Source: Trypanosoma brucei
Taxonomy: Eukaryota
Assembly (NCBI GenBank): GCA_000002445.1
Contig: AE017150.2
Location: 96,001-160,000, forward strand
Direction: 5' to 3'
DNA length: 64,000 bases
The position numbers were made by a program, and so were the translations under genes. This document shows, piece after piece, positions 24,245-35,700 of the stretch (positions are counted from its first letter, which is position 1; the number at the start of each line of letters is the position of its first letter). Under the pieces are notes generated by a model. The model ran no database searches, was not told the DNA's origin, and saw only the letters and a list, made by a program, of their open reading frames with translations.

Positions 24245-26599
24245 ATGCCGGCTGACGAAGCACAGCAAGCTCCACCACCTCTCCCAATTACCTTTACGAC
24301 GCCAACACTTTTCCTGTTGCTGTTAGTGTTACTTCAACTTTATCAAATATGTGTTATTTTTAACGCAGATGACAGTGGGAAAGTTACGGTGAAGGCAATA
24401 TCTCTGTTATACAGTCGAAAATGGGACCTACAAGTTATCAATGCCGTGAATGCCGGTTTCAATGCCTCCCTGGCTGCTCGGAACTGGACGGTGGCACTCG
24501 GGGTGAATGTTGAAGTTGCCCGCTCCCCCTCATACGGCATCAATTTGGTCCAGTTTCTGAATGATTACCCGAAGGCACTAAATGGCGATGACGCGAACGA
24601 GCTGTACAATACATCAGAAGGGAACCAACTTGTTGGATTCGGTCCCATGACTGAGTATCGACAGGGCATGAGGGATACCTGCCGCATTTTTGCTTCCTGC
24701 TCCTTGGGGCCACTGGCGAACTTATTACCCCAGTACGTTATGCGATGAGTCACTTACGTGTGCTAAAGCAGGGTTTCATGTATCTTGATGGGCTCCCGGG
24801 AGGTAGTGAGGCATATAATCAGGCAGTGGATTTCATATGGCGCATGGGGTACAGTTTCTGTTGTGTTTTCACGGTGGAGGACAAAGCGGGTGGCCAAGGT
24901 GGATCACCTGAGGAATTCGACGCCGTATGGGATGAGTTTGCTGGGGGAAATCCACAGGCTGTGACTATGTTTGCCGCCATGAAGCCTGATGCCAAAAAAA
25001 TTCTCGTGAGGTTGGTGTCTGATCCGCGTACGGAAGATACGTTCATGCCAACTCCGATCTTATTGCAGAAATCAATCGTGCGCATCTGGAAAGAGACATT
25101 GGAGGAAGCGAATGTTCCGTTTGTTCCCCATCGTGTGATTCAGACGGGGTCAAATCCTCTCGCTGAGGAAGATTATATCGACGCGGTAAAACGCTTTCAG
25201 ACTGAAATGAGGAACTATTTGACTGAATACAGGGAGTGGAGTGACTTCAATGATGCGGATCACTTTCTAAAGAGTGACGCGGATGGGGAGCTGACGATCA
25301 ATGGCTGGATTACTGGAGAGGTGTTGGCGCGGGCACTGCGTAGTCATGGCTGGATGAAAAATCGCACAGCCGTCATTGAGTCGCCGTTATGTGATTGATG
25401 GCATCGTGATCGGTGATTTTGGAGGTGAGTGCGATAGCTTTACCACTGCAAATGATGCCACTTGCCGCTGCAACCGTGGCAGGAAGAACGTCTACATGAG
25501 GGAGATTGCTGAAAATTACCGCCTGCAACCGCTTGTTGGCAGGCATATTATGACAACTTCCTTACAGTGTTATATCGACCCCTCGTTCCTATAGACACCA
25601 CTCATCGGCCTCATCGTTGATATGGAAGATCACGAAGAGCTTCTGAGAGAGGTTCCACACAGTTTGAAACTGGTGTGTCCACCACGACCGCATCTGGGAA
25701 AGTTGGCGAGATGAACAGTTCCTTCCTTCAGAGGATTGCCACAGATACGCACAAGGTTTCCAACGAGCTCAACACATTGCGGCAGGAAAGGATAGTCACT
25801 GCCGTGTTTGGCATCGTAACAAAAGCGGTGCTCGGTCTGACATTCATTGACCCTATGACACCAATCCCCCATCTGAACAGTTTCAGCAGGAATGTGATCC
25901 ACTTGTCCCCAACAATGGAACAGCAGCTATACATGTTAGCGAGCTCCCTCTCCAGCATTCGTGCTGACTTCCACCAATTGCGTTGTAAGGGGCGGTGAGG
26001 CGTCCGCTTTCATTGATGCGCTAAGAAAGGCACTGCTCACATTTGGCTTGAACCTCAGCTCTACCGTTGTGTTGACTGCAGGGGACTCTGTTGGAGAGTA
26101 TCTTTCGAAAAGTGGTAGCACTTTTATCATTGGACTTGCTGTTGATGGCATTGTGGTAATTGAAGAGCATCTACGTATCCGCAACAAGGTGCGCGTATTT
26201 GTCCAGTTCTCTGGCATTGCGCTGCTGTAAAATGAGTTTGTGCAAGCCTTCGACAATAGCGATGGCACCAAGCACCTTTTGTTCGCAACAAGTTTGCTTT
26301 GCTACCCAGACATCAACACGACATCGTAGACTGTGCAACGGTTCCACGAGGCGGTACGTGAGGTGGAAAAGTGGACGCCGCTGTCGGTGCTGGGTTTCGC
26401 CACGGGTAGACTAATACAAGAGAATCTGCAAAACATGGAAAGGGTAACGTCCGGCCTGCTGGTCGACCTTTTCTTCAACCAAACAGTAATCATCATTGAT
26501 GGCATGCGTTATATGGGCCGTACAAACATTATGATTGCATAATCAACGTTGTCGTTACCGCTGATGATTGCATGTCAAACTTCGGTGCTACGGATATAA

Positions 26600-26679
<80 letters not shown>

Positions 26680-27192
26680 TCAGTGGGACGTCCGCTACGG
26701 TCAGATGCACCAATACTACAGAATCCGATGTCGCCGTCGTTGATGTGCGCTGTCCCCAACGGTAATGCCCTCACCCCCGCACAAGTTGCTGGTGTGGTTG
26801 ATGACTCTTTATTCGTTGTGGCTCTCGCAATATGTCTAAGCTTACTTGCGTGATTCCCTCTCCGGGGCACCCGTGATGACGACAGCGCGCCGAAGGAATC
26901 AACGGACCCTGTGACACTAATATTTACTGACATTGATAGCAGGACTGCGTTGTGGGCTGCACACCCTGATCTGATGGCTGATGCCGTTGCAACACATCAC
27001 CGTCTGATTCGTTCACTGATTGGGAGGTATGACTGCTACGAGGTGAAAACTGTTGGTGATTTGTTCACAATAGTGAGCAAGAGTCCCTTCGCTGCCGTAC
27101 ACCTCGCACAGAAACTACAGCTGTGTTTCTTGCATCATTCCTTCCGAAGGGGTTGCACAATTTCTAACAGCGCCGAATGGACAAATGCATAA
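24245..27192 (+). pseudogene. GRESAG4: Receptor-type adenylate cyclase (ESAG4/GRESAG4 family) pseudogene; frameshifted, interrupted by (TG)n, truncated inside the catalytic domain
   Basis: The ORF 26911..27192 translates to VTLIFTDIDSRTALWAAHPDLMADAVATHHRLIRSLIGRYDCYEVKTVGDLFTIVSKSPFAAVHLAQKLQLCFLHH. From my memory of trypanosome receptor adenylate cyclases, this matches the start of the class III cyclase catalytic domain, including its TLIFTDIESST...YEVKTVGDSFMIASK motif. Upstream pieces in three frames (24134..24748, 24745..25398, 25376..25594, 25961..26230, 26333..26542) fit the large extracellular domain. An N-terminal hydrophobic signal-like stretch follows the ATG at 24245. The reading frame ends at ...AEWTNA, with no remainder of the catalytic domain. 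Confidence 0.8.
26602..26678. repeat. (TG)~38 microsatellite inside the adenylate cyclase pseudogene
   Basis: Seen directly. The paralogous tract at 60118..60147 is only ~(TG)15. Confidence 0.9.
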
Positions 27193-29269
27193 TATTACGG
27201 AGCGTTGCTTATGCACACAGCTTATATAATGTCACATGCGTTGTGATTTGTAGAGGGGAGTGGGCCACCAGAAATTGGGTCATTTTAATGTCAATAAGTT
27301 TTTACCGCTTCTTGGACCCGTCATTCCCCGCACTTAACCTTTTCGAACCGAGGAGTTGGTAAAAGACGGCCAAGCAACGGTATCGTCGACACCGTGGCCA
27401 TCAGTACGGGATTTTACATACGGTAACGAAGCGTGGGCATATGTTTTTCTTTAAACGTCATTTTTTAAATTTTTCTGTACATTGTTGCTGTCACTTCTAC
27501 GAAGTATGGCCAGAATGTTAGAGTAGTGCATTTGTGTGCAAAACGAAGAAAATAATACTCCCTTTGTTTTTCTTTCCCTCTTGGGTTGTATGAAAAGAGG
27601 GGACTCCTGTTTGTAGGATGACAAGAGCTGTTTTGTTTATTTCCTCAAAAAAATTGCATGCTCCATAGTTGCTCCAATATTCCCATCCCTTCATTGGAAA
27701 ATGACCCGTCGGCTCCGTCCATGTGAGTGAAGCGGTGGCCCTGATATTTGCCCTGATGCTTTTTCTTTTTTCCACCGTGAAACCTGCACTGCACTGCACT
27801 TGCGTTCCCTCATCCCCTCTTACAGTTATCCGTTTCACTTCCCCTGTTGAGGAATGCGTATTTCTAACCGTGCGAGATATCAAACAGTAAATCTGTCGGA
27901 CAAACAAAAGGCTGAGAAATTCGTCACATAAACTTATGAGCATTCACCACTGAGGCACGCACGCTCACCAACACCAACAAAGTCAAGCAAAAGGCGCTGC
28001 ATATTAATACTCAATGGCGCCATAATGTTCCCTTTCGTGTTCCCTTTTCCTTTTTCCTTCCGTTGGGGTTACACAACACTTGTGGGAACCCGCTTCACTT
28101 CGTCCTTTTCCAATTATGAAGGTAACTGTGTTTTGTTTGCCACACTTCCGCTTGTTATTTCTCCAACTGGTTTCACTTACAGAAGTCGCGTGTACACCAC
28201 TTGTGGAGGAAATATTACATTAGGCAAAACCAACAACGAAAAAAATGGCAATACATTCTAAAACATTCCCTCAACATTGCAGAACTCATGAAAGGAACCA
28301 TGGTTACTGCCACCAGGTTAAGCAAAGACCAAAAGGCTTTTGAAATGTGTTTTCGAATCGAATGTACCACTGGTATTTCTTTAACATGCAAACACAACAC
28401 AAATCACGGCATGCACAAACACGAGTGCCAAGCTTCTTATAGAGATATTTCAATACCTGAAAAAAGGGACCGGGACGCAAAGTTTGGGAATGGAATTTCC
28501 CCGCCCGTAACGGTGATCATCTAAGACATTCAATCAACACATTTCCGCCTGTCCACAGTTAATCGGAAACCGTAGTGCCCATATGTCTCCCTAATTACTG
28601 TTGTCCCTTCAGTTTTCACAGTAGATGTTTCAATTGGTTTCTGTGGCCGAGGTAAATAAAGCGTATGTGTCATATCCGGGAGGTGTTTTCATGTGTCTTC
28701 TCTTTCCGTTTTGTCACTGCGTTTGGGCTCACGCAGTGACATTAATTGAAAATTTAGGCCACTACCATAGATGGGTGGCTCGTGGAGAGAGTGAGGATTG
28801 GGATTATTCTAACAGCTTTGTGGTTGTGTGTGCTGTGCTTTTGGAAAATATTGCAGCCAATGAAAGGGAAGGCAAGTGTCACCTTGCTTTCCATGCTGCG
28901 ACATCAATGCATAAGAATTATATGCTAGTTGCTCTGCAAGGGAAGGTCGTGAAGGCGAAGGTTAGCTTCCGGTTTAAGGAAGTGCAGAGACTTCCTGATA
29001 CTACTGTCAGAAACTACTGTTGCTGCGTGCTCCAGGCACTGGGTCAGTAATTCATAAATACAACAACGAGAATAAAATTAATCCCTTGTGGCTGCTAAGC
29101 GTGCAAGCAACTGAGAATAATAAACAGTATATTTTTGCCACACTTTATTGATTTCTATATATATACAAAACAACCTCATTACAATTATCATTTCTTTTGT
29201 CCCCAAAGACTGCTGAATGAAGGTTAGGATTACTGACCATAACACATTTTGGCATGCACCTCAATTACT

Positions 29270-29378
29270 TCCTTATAACACTCCCCCCATTTGATTCATC
29301 GCTTAGCTCTATTATTAAAAAAAGAAAAAGCATTTCCTCAACACTCAGCACCTCAAGGAATCGGAAACGGGAACTATA
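29270..29378 (+). promoter_or_regulatory. Pyrimidine-rich tract plus AG dinucleotides upstream of the LRRP ATG; candidate trans-splice acceptor region
   Basis: cttccttataacactccccccatttgattcatcgcttagctct...cctcaacactcag is followed by the ATG at 29379. Trypanosome mRNAs are trans-spliced at an AG downstream of a polypyrimidine tract. Confidence 0.3.
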
Positions 29379-32300
29379 ATGTCAGGAAACCAAGGAAGAA
29401 AGCGACAGTGCATCTCATCACCTGAGCAGTCAGAAGCTTTAAAGGAATCATCAACTACTGGACAAAATAAACTCACCACCGTTACAATCACCGAAGAGAC
29501 GCGTGACGCCAGTAATGATGAAACTGTGGTATCATTACTGAATGAGCATGAGAAATTGATTAAACAAACGACACGGCTGGAAAGCAGTGTGAAGGCACTT
29601 AGGTGTCTCATGAGTAATCTCACAGCTATGAGTGGCGAAAGGCAAGGTGGTGTGTGTGATGACACCGAATGCATACATAGAGTAACATTATATAATGCTG
29701 CTGATAATGCCTTCAGTGACGAAGGACTATATGAAGGTGCTCTTTCCTCACTCCGTGGCCGCATTCATACCAAGAAATTAACCATCACGTTATCAAAGGG
29801 TTGGAAATTTAACTTAGAACGAGTCAGTAAGCTAAAACAGTTAGAAGAGTTACGCATTGAATATCCGCGGGGCAAACTTGTGAATATGATATCTTTGAAG
29901 AGACTGCACATGTTGAAAAGGCTTTGTTTCAGGAGCAACAATATTGACAACAATGACGCCCGTCACTTATTCAATATTGTAACATTGGAAGAGTTGGCTA
30001 TTACTGACACCATGCAACTGACAAATATCAGAGGAATCTCTCGCTTGACTAACCTGAAGTGTCTTGAGTTAAATTCCACAGATATTGATGATAGCTGTAT
30101 AGGGGAAATAAGCGCATGTGCTAAACTGTCCAAATTGAGTGTATCCGAATGCAACAATATCACGGATGCAACCCCAATTTCACAACTTGCAGCACTGGAA
30201 GAGTTGAATCTAAACAGCTGTTACCACATAACGAAGGGAATAGAAACACTTGGCATGTTGTTGCGACTGCGTATGCTTGACTTGAGTGGTGTTCCTGTGG
30301 AAGATAATTGTCTGAAGGATTTGTGTGACTGTGGATCGCTTGAAAGGCTGAACATTTCTTATTGTATTCAGCTGACAGATATCAATCCACTCTCCAATGC
30401 CACTGCTATTGAGGAATTGAACCTTAACGGTTGTCGCCGAATAACACGAGGGATAGGCGTTGTGTGGGCATTACCAAAGCTCCGTGTATTGCACATGAAG
30501 GATGTGCACCTGAGCGAGCCATCTCTCGATTCAGTTGGAACTGGTGGATCACTTGTAAGGCTCAGTCTTGAGAATTGCAAAGGGTTTGGTGATGTCAAGC
30601 CCCTCTCGAACCTTGTTACACTTGAGGAACTGAATCTCCACTACTGTGACAAAGTAACCTCTGGAATGGGAACACTGGGCAGGCTACCGCAGCTTCGTGT
30701 ACTGGATTTGGGACGGACACAAGTTGATAATAATTCCCTTGAGAATATCTGCACAAGCTCAATCCCACTTGTGTCATTAAATCTTTCGCATTGCAAGAAA
30801 ATAACATCTATTTCTGCAATAGCTTCCCTTACAGCATTGGAGGAACTCAACATTGACAACTCCTGTAATGTAACATCCGGCTGGAATGTATTTGGTACAC
30901 TTCACCAACTGCGTGTAGCCACACTGTCGAATACACGCATTAATGATGAAAACATACGGCACGTTAGCGAGTGCAAGTCTTTGAATACACTCAACCTTGC
31001 GTTTTGCAAAGATATAACAGACGTCACAGCACTTTCTAAAATTACTATGCTTGAGGAGTTGAACCTTGATTGCTGCCCTAACATCAGAAAAGGTATTGAA
31101 ACTCTTGGAAAGCTTCCCAAGGCACGTATCCTAAGCATGAAGGAATGTTACATGGGAGACGGATATGCGCAACAATGTTCCATCCTTGGGAATAGTAAGT
31201 CACTTGTGAAACTGAATCTTGAGAGGTCAATGGGATTCATATCTGTGAAAGCTCTCTCTAACATTGCGACGTTGGAGGAATTGGTACTTGATCATGCAGA
31301 GGAAGTATGTTGCATACCGTCATTTTCCTGTCTACCGCGCCTTCGAGTACTGAATCTGAAATATACGGACATTAATGGTGATGTAACTAAAAATATTTCC
31401 GAATCGAAATCGCTGCGATCACTCAACTTATCACATTGCAAATGGGTAACCGATATATCAGTATTATCTTCCTTATCGACACTGGAAGAACTGAATGTTA
31501 ACTGCTGCAACGGAATACGAAAAGGCTGGGAGTCGCTCGGAAAGCTGCCTCTACTACGTGTAGCAATTCTATCTGATACTAACATCGCCGCTAAAGATAT
31601 AGCTTGCCTTAGCAGTTGCAAAACGCTGGTGAAACTAAAGTTTTTCCGGTGTGAGAAGTTGTCAGATGTTACGGTGGTGTATAAAATTCAATCACTGGAG
31701 GAACTGATAGTTAGGAGCTGTTCAGACGGCCTCAAGGGACTAAATGACCTTGGTACACTGCCACGGTTGCGTTTTTTGCTTCTGCGAAATGTGAGAGGTA
31801 GTGATATATCTGTTGAATCTATTGGGACGAGCAAATCTCTCGTGAGGCTTCATATTGAAATGCGCAAGGAGTTAACAGACATAACACCCCTCTCCAACAT
31901 CACGTCCCTTGAGGAATTGTCATTGCGGGAATGCGGTGATAACCTGGAAGGAGTCGGGACACTTGGGAAACTGCCACGGCTTAAATCGCTGGATCTCGGT
32001 TTATCTGACATTAGCAATAGCGCACTTAATGATATTTTTCTCTCTCGATCCATTACGTCACTCAACCTAGCCTCCAGTTGGAAACTAACAGACATATCTC
32101 ATATATCAAACCTTACGGCACTGGAGGAATTGAATCTGAGAAGATGTTACCCCATAACTTCAGGCTGGGAAGCACTAAGCGAATTACCACGACTTCGTGT
32201 GCTCAACTTGGAATCCGCCAGTGTCACGACCCGTTACGATGGATATTATATCAGCAGATGCAAATCCCTCGTCACACTCAACCTTGAATCGTGTGATATG

Positions 32301-32711
32301 ACCGATGCTTCATGTCTTGCTAATATCAAGACACTGGAGGAGTTGCATATAGGGAGATGCAAAGAGCTAAGGCGGGGGTTTAGTCCACTTTTCACTCTTC
32401 CGCGGTTGCGCATTCTTAACTTGATTTGTTCTCTCATTAAAGATGAAGATCTCAGGGAAATTCAACCACCCCATACCATTGAGGAGCTCAATCTCTCTTA
32501 TTGTGAAAATCTTAATGATATCACACCACTTGGGAGAATAAAATCAATTAAAAAATTGCATCTCCGTCAGAGCCATGATGCCAGAAGGCCTACAGAAGGA
32601 TTCAGAAGTCTTTTGGAATTGCCATGTCTTTCTTGGGTTGACCTAAACAACGTGTGTGGCTGGTCCGATGTTTATGTTGAACTGAGAAAGAGGAGGGTAT
32701 ATATCCGTTAA
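29379..32711 (+). CDS. LRRP: Leucine-rich repeat protein (LRRP, ESAG8-related), 1110 aa: ~170-aa N-terminal region followed by ~35 cysteine-containing LRR units
   Basis: Uninterrupted ORF with a regular ~23-25 aa periodicity (L..LEELNL..C..ITD...LS.L..L). Paralogous partial copy at 62854..64000. No RING finger is visible, so it is LRRP-type rather than ESAG8 proper. Confidence 0.85.
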   Translation: MSGNQGRKRQCISSPEQSEALKESSTTGQNKLTTVTITEETRDASNDETVVSLLNEHEKLIKQTTRLESSVKALRCLMSNLTAMSGERQGGVCDDTECIHRVTLYNAADNAFSDEGLYEGALSSLRGRIHTKKLTITLSKGWKFNLERVSKLKQLEELRIEYPRGKLVNMISLKRLHMLKRLCFRSNNIDNNDARHLFNIVTLEELAITDTMQLTNIRGISRLTNLKCLELNSTDIDDSCIGEISACAKLSKLSVSECNNITDATPISQLAALEELNLNSCYHITKGIETLGMLLRLRMLDLSGVPVEDNCLKDLCDCGSLERLNISYCIQLTDINPLSNATAIEELNLNGCRRITRGIGVVWALPKLRVLHMKDVHLSEPSLDSVGTGGSLVRLSLENCKGFGDVKPLSNLVTLEELNLHYCDKVTSGMGTLGRLPQLRVLDLGRTQVDNNSLENICTSSIPLVSLNLSHCKKITSISAIASLTALEELNIDNSCNVTSGWNVFGTLHQLRVATLSNTRINDENIRHVSECKSLNTLNLAFCKDITDVTALSKITMLEELNLDCCPNIRKGIETLGKLPKARILSMKECYMGDGYAQQCSILGNSKSLVKLNLERSMGFISVKALSNIATLEELVLDHAEEVCCIPSFSCLPRLRVLNLKYTDINGDVTKNISESKSLRSLNLSHCKWVTDISVLSSLSTLEELNVNCCNGIRKGWESLGKLPLLRVAILSDTNIAAKDIACLSSCKTLVKLKFFRCEKLSDVTVVYKIQSLEELIVRSCSDGLKGLNDLGTLPRLRFLLLRNVRGSDISVESIGTSKSLVRLHIEMRKELTDITPLSNITSLEELSLRECGDNLEGVGTLGKLPRLKSLDLGLSDISNSALNDIFLSRSITSLNLASSWKLTDISHISNLTALEELNLRRCYPITSGWEALSELPRLRVLNLESASVTTRYDGYYISRCKSLVTLNLESCDMTDASCLANIKTLEELHIGRCKELRRGFSPLFTLPRLRILNLICSLIKDEDLREIQPPHTIEELNLSYCENLNDITPLGRIKSIKKLHLRQSHDARRPTEGFRSLLELPCLSWVDLNNVCGWSDVYVELRKRRVYIR

Positions 32712-35700
32712 TATGTGATCCATTGTTTCACTTTGTATAATTGGAACCACTTATTACTGAGAATACGTTATTAAATTTAACAGCCAGTTCGAGTGGTTCG
32801 CTCACTGTAGGCACTATTACTCAAACAGATACCAGTAACAATTCACATGGATGATATTGTATGTTACACTATCTTAAATACGAGAAATACGAGGATTTCA
32901 TTACAGTTATTTAAGTGCTTCGTATTTCACTAAGTCATACCAATCATATATTGTGAAGAATAAAGAACAGTTAGGAAAGTGTGTGTGTGTGTGTATGCAC
33001 AAGGCTTTTTTCTCAGTGGTAATTTGTATTTTAGTTGCAAGCGTAGTAATTATTATATTACGCTCATTTATACTACAGCCATATCAAATGAATATCTCAT
33101 TTCCTGTATGTTTTTCTGTCTTTACAGCCACATACTCTCACCCAAATGTCGAATGAAATATTATCGTTATTATTATTACTATTATTTCTATCGTTCTTAT
33201 TGTTATTACATGAAACACAACATTCACATTTAATTTTTACTCATAGCCACACCCGAAAAGTAAAAGCACTCAACATTCTACAGTACTGTATACCTGTCAA
33301 TGATATGAGGAAGTGAAGTTTATATACCATTAAAGTATAGTGAATATATTTCATTATTCTTATTATTATTTGTTTTACTGAAAGAAATGACAGAGTGACT
33401 TTACAATAAATTATATCAGAGCACCATCTTGACCACCAAGTTCTTACATGGGAGAGGATAAAACAACACATTACGTGTCTCGTGATTCTTTTTTACACTT
33501 GCCACTGGTATATCTATATTCTCAAATAGTGCGATTGAATATTCTCGTTTCATTAAAATATTATATTATAACTTGTTGTATTTGTTTGGTTTTTTAATAA
33601 CATAATTTATTTTACTACATTTCCTTTCAGAATTATTTGTGCCAAATATTTGTAAAGATGTCATACATTCCGAATACCCTTGCGCAGCAAAGGGTTGTGT
33701 ACCGCCTTAATTCATTAACATTTGTGCTACATGTGCATGGTAAAGTGTATTAAACATTTCACTGGTTTTGGGAAATATTATTTTCTTTCTTACAACATGA
33801 TGCCTCAGAAGGACTGAAGGCGAGACCAAATCCTTTCATTTTTTTTATTTTCCTTTTCTTACCGTATCCGTATATGTTTATGACTTTCCAGCAAACACTG
33901 CCGAGGTGAATTATGTATTCCTTCATATTTACTTTTTATTTGACAATAACAAGAAAAGGATTTCCTCCTCACACACTTAAATTAATTAGACACTGCTGTT
34001 AGCTGATAAGTTACAGAAAGCCGCACATTTAAGTTACACAAATCCACACCGATTCGAAATAGTAAAATATCAAATATTATGTATTTATTTGAGGAAAAAA
34101 AAGAGACGAAAAGCAGCGCTGCATCTGAAGCAAGATGCATGTGAAATCGAAGAACAACTGTCATTTGAATATCACATCCCCAAATTGTTTCGCTTACATT
34201 ATTAGCAGTAAATTCTTACGGAACTTGGGAAGTGAATGACTACTGAAATTAAAAGCATGAGGACGCACTGCGATGGCACATGAGAGAAACATTGGTGGGA
34301 TTTTTATATATTGGAAAGTGGAGTGGCTTTAAGGTGTTTTACATGATGTTTAGTTGGAGATTGAAATAATTCAGGAAATAGTGAAAGACTGTTATGATAC
34401 AGGAATTTTTTCGTTTACTAATTTCAAGCGCACTTCCACGACGCACCATTTTCGGTTTACATTGCAAGAAGTGGTATGATATTTGCAACCGCTTATTTCT
34501 TATTTATTTATTTTTTCGAGTTTATATAAGTGTGGTTTGGTGACGTGGAAAATTTTAGCATGTGGTTAATGTCTTTATGACAAGAAACTGCTCTGCTCGA
34601 GCTATGGTATTGGAAGGTTAAATATAAATTAGATGTTTTATGAGTTAATCAAATGCTGAATGCTTCAACTGACTCACTCTTCAAACCAAAACACTTTCTC
34701 AGCTTTTCCACTCTCAGCTAAAAATGTAGTTCAGTTTCCAAACAGCACACCACATCTCATTCACCATCGGGTAAAGAGATATTTTTTGTATGGTCAACAC
34801 GAAAGTGGAGAAATGCAGAAAGTAGAAATAAAATAAAGAATATATATATATATATATCGAATTATGTTGGAACTGCAGGTATCATTCAACCTAAGAGAAA
34901 AAGCACCTTTCCTTCTGTTGTGAGCCGCAACCATACCGTGATGAAGTTACAAGTGGAAGGAGTTGACTCAAATCATTCATCACCTAATATCTGTAATGTG
35001 AATATTTTTGTTTAGAGATATTCGTATGTTAATAAGAGACCATTATGCAGAGGGAAGAACAACCGACGACTGCAACCTAAAACCCGTAATTTTCGGACTG
35101 TAATAAACTTTAATAGTTTCATTTAATTATGTAAAGATGGCATCAGCAGATTACACTTGTAAGCTGTTTGAAGTCAAAACAACGATACACGGAAGGGAAT
35201 GTGCAAGTGGTGATTTAAATTGCATGTTTATGAGAAATTTGTATTGTGAATCAACTGTTGAAATATGTTGCGCGATATTAACAGCAGATTTTTTTTCTTC
35301 ATATTATTCTTCTTTTCTTTTCTTTTTTTTGCTTGTTTGTCGAACAATCTGAGGTTTAGTTGATATATTCCTGAGTTTCATCACATGTGTTTCTGTTTAT
35401 ATAATACCAATCGTTACAAACTAAATATCTGCAGTAAGTATATTAAAAACATACGATTTATTGCTACCTCTTGCTTCATTTCTCTTTATTCAAACGGCAC
35501 TTTCTTTTAATCTTGTAAATAATGTTTTTATCGTTGTTTCATTTGTTTGCACACTTAATCCTCTGCGCACGCTGTTGTATTTATTTGCTTCTACACACTC
35601 ACAAAAAAAAAATATATATATATATATATCATTTTGAAACAAATCGCGGTTGTGACTGATGTTTGTTCTGTTTGCGTCGTATTATAAGGGGAATGTAAGT

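Larger units (their letters stand above)
18420..29378. repeat. Copy A of a ~10.9 kb duplicated block carrying the ESAG4-like pseudogene; copy B is 51895..62853
   Basis: Near-identical sequence at both ends (tagcaatatattatgaagcatgtaccacagtctactcag...; ...cactcagcacctcaaggaatcggaaacgggaact) with collinear paralogous ORFs throughout. Confidence 0.8.

Noticed and set aside
26529-26933. 134-aa minus-strand ORF with a long (HT)n repeat, plus the overlapping 65-aa (CV)n plus-strand ORF
   Set aside because: Translation artefacts of the (TG)n microsatellite inside the adenylate cyclase pseudogene.
33140-33230. (TAA/TTA)-rich stretches at 33140..33230, 35820..35900 and 36255..36285, reminiscent of VSG-associated 70-bp repeats
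   Set aside because: Only single short degenerate units with no tandem array. No VSG-like ORF or conserved VSG 3' 16-mer is visible nearby, so this is more likely simple AT-rich low complexity.
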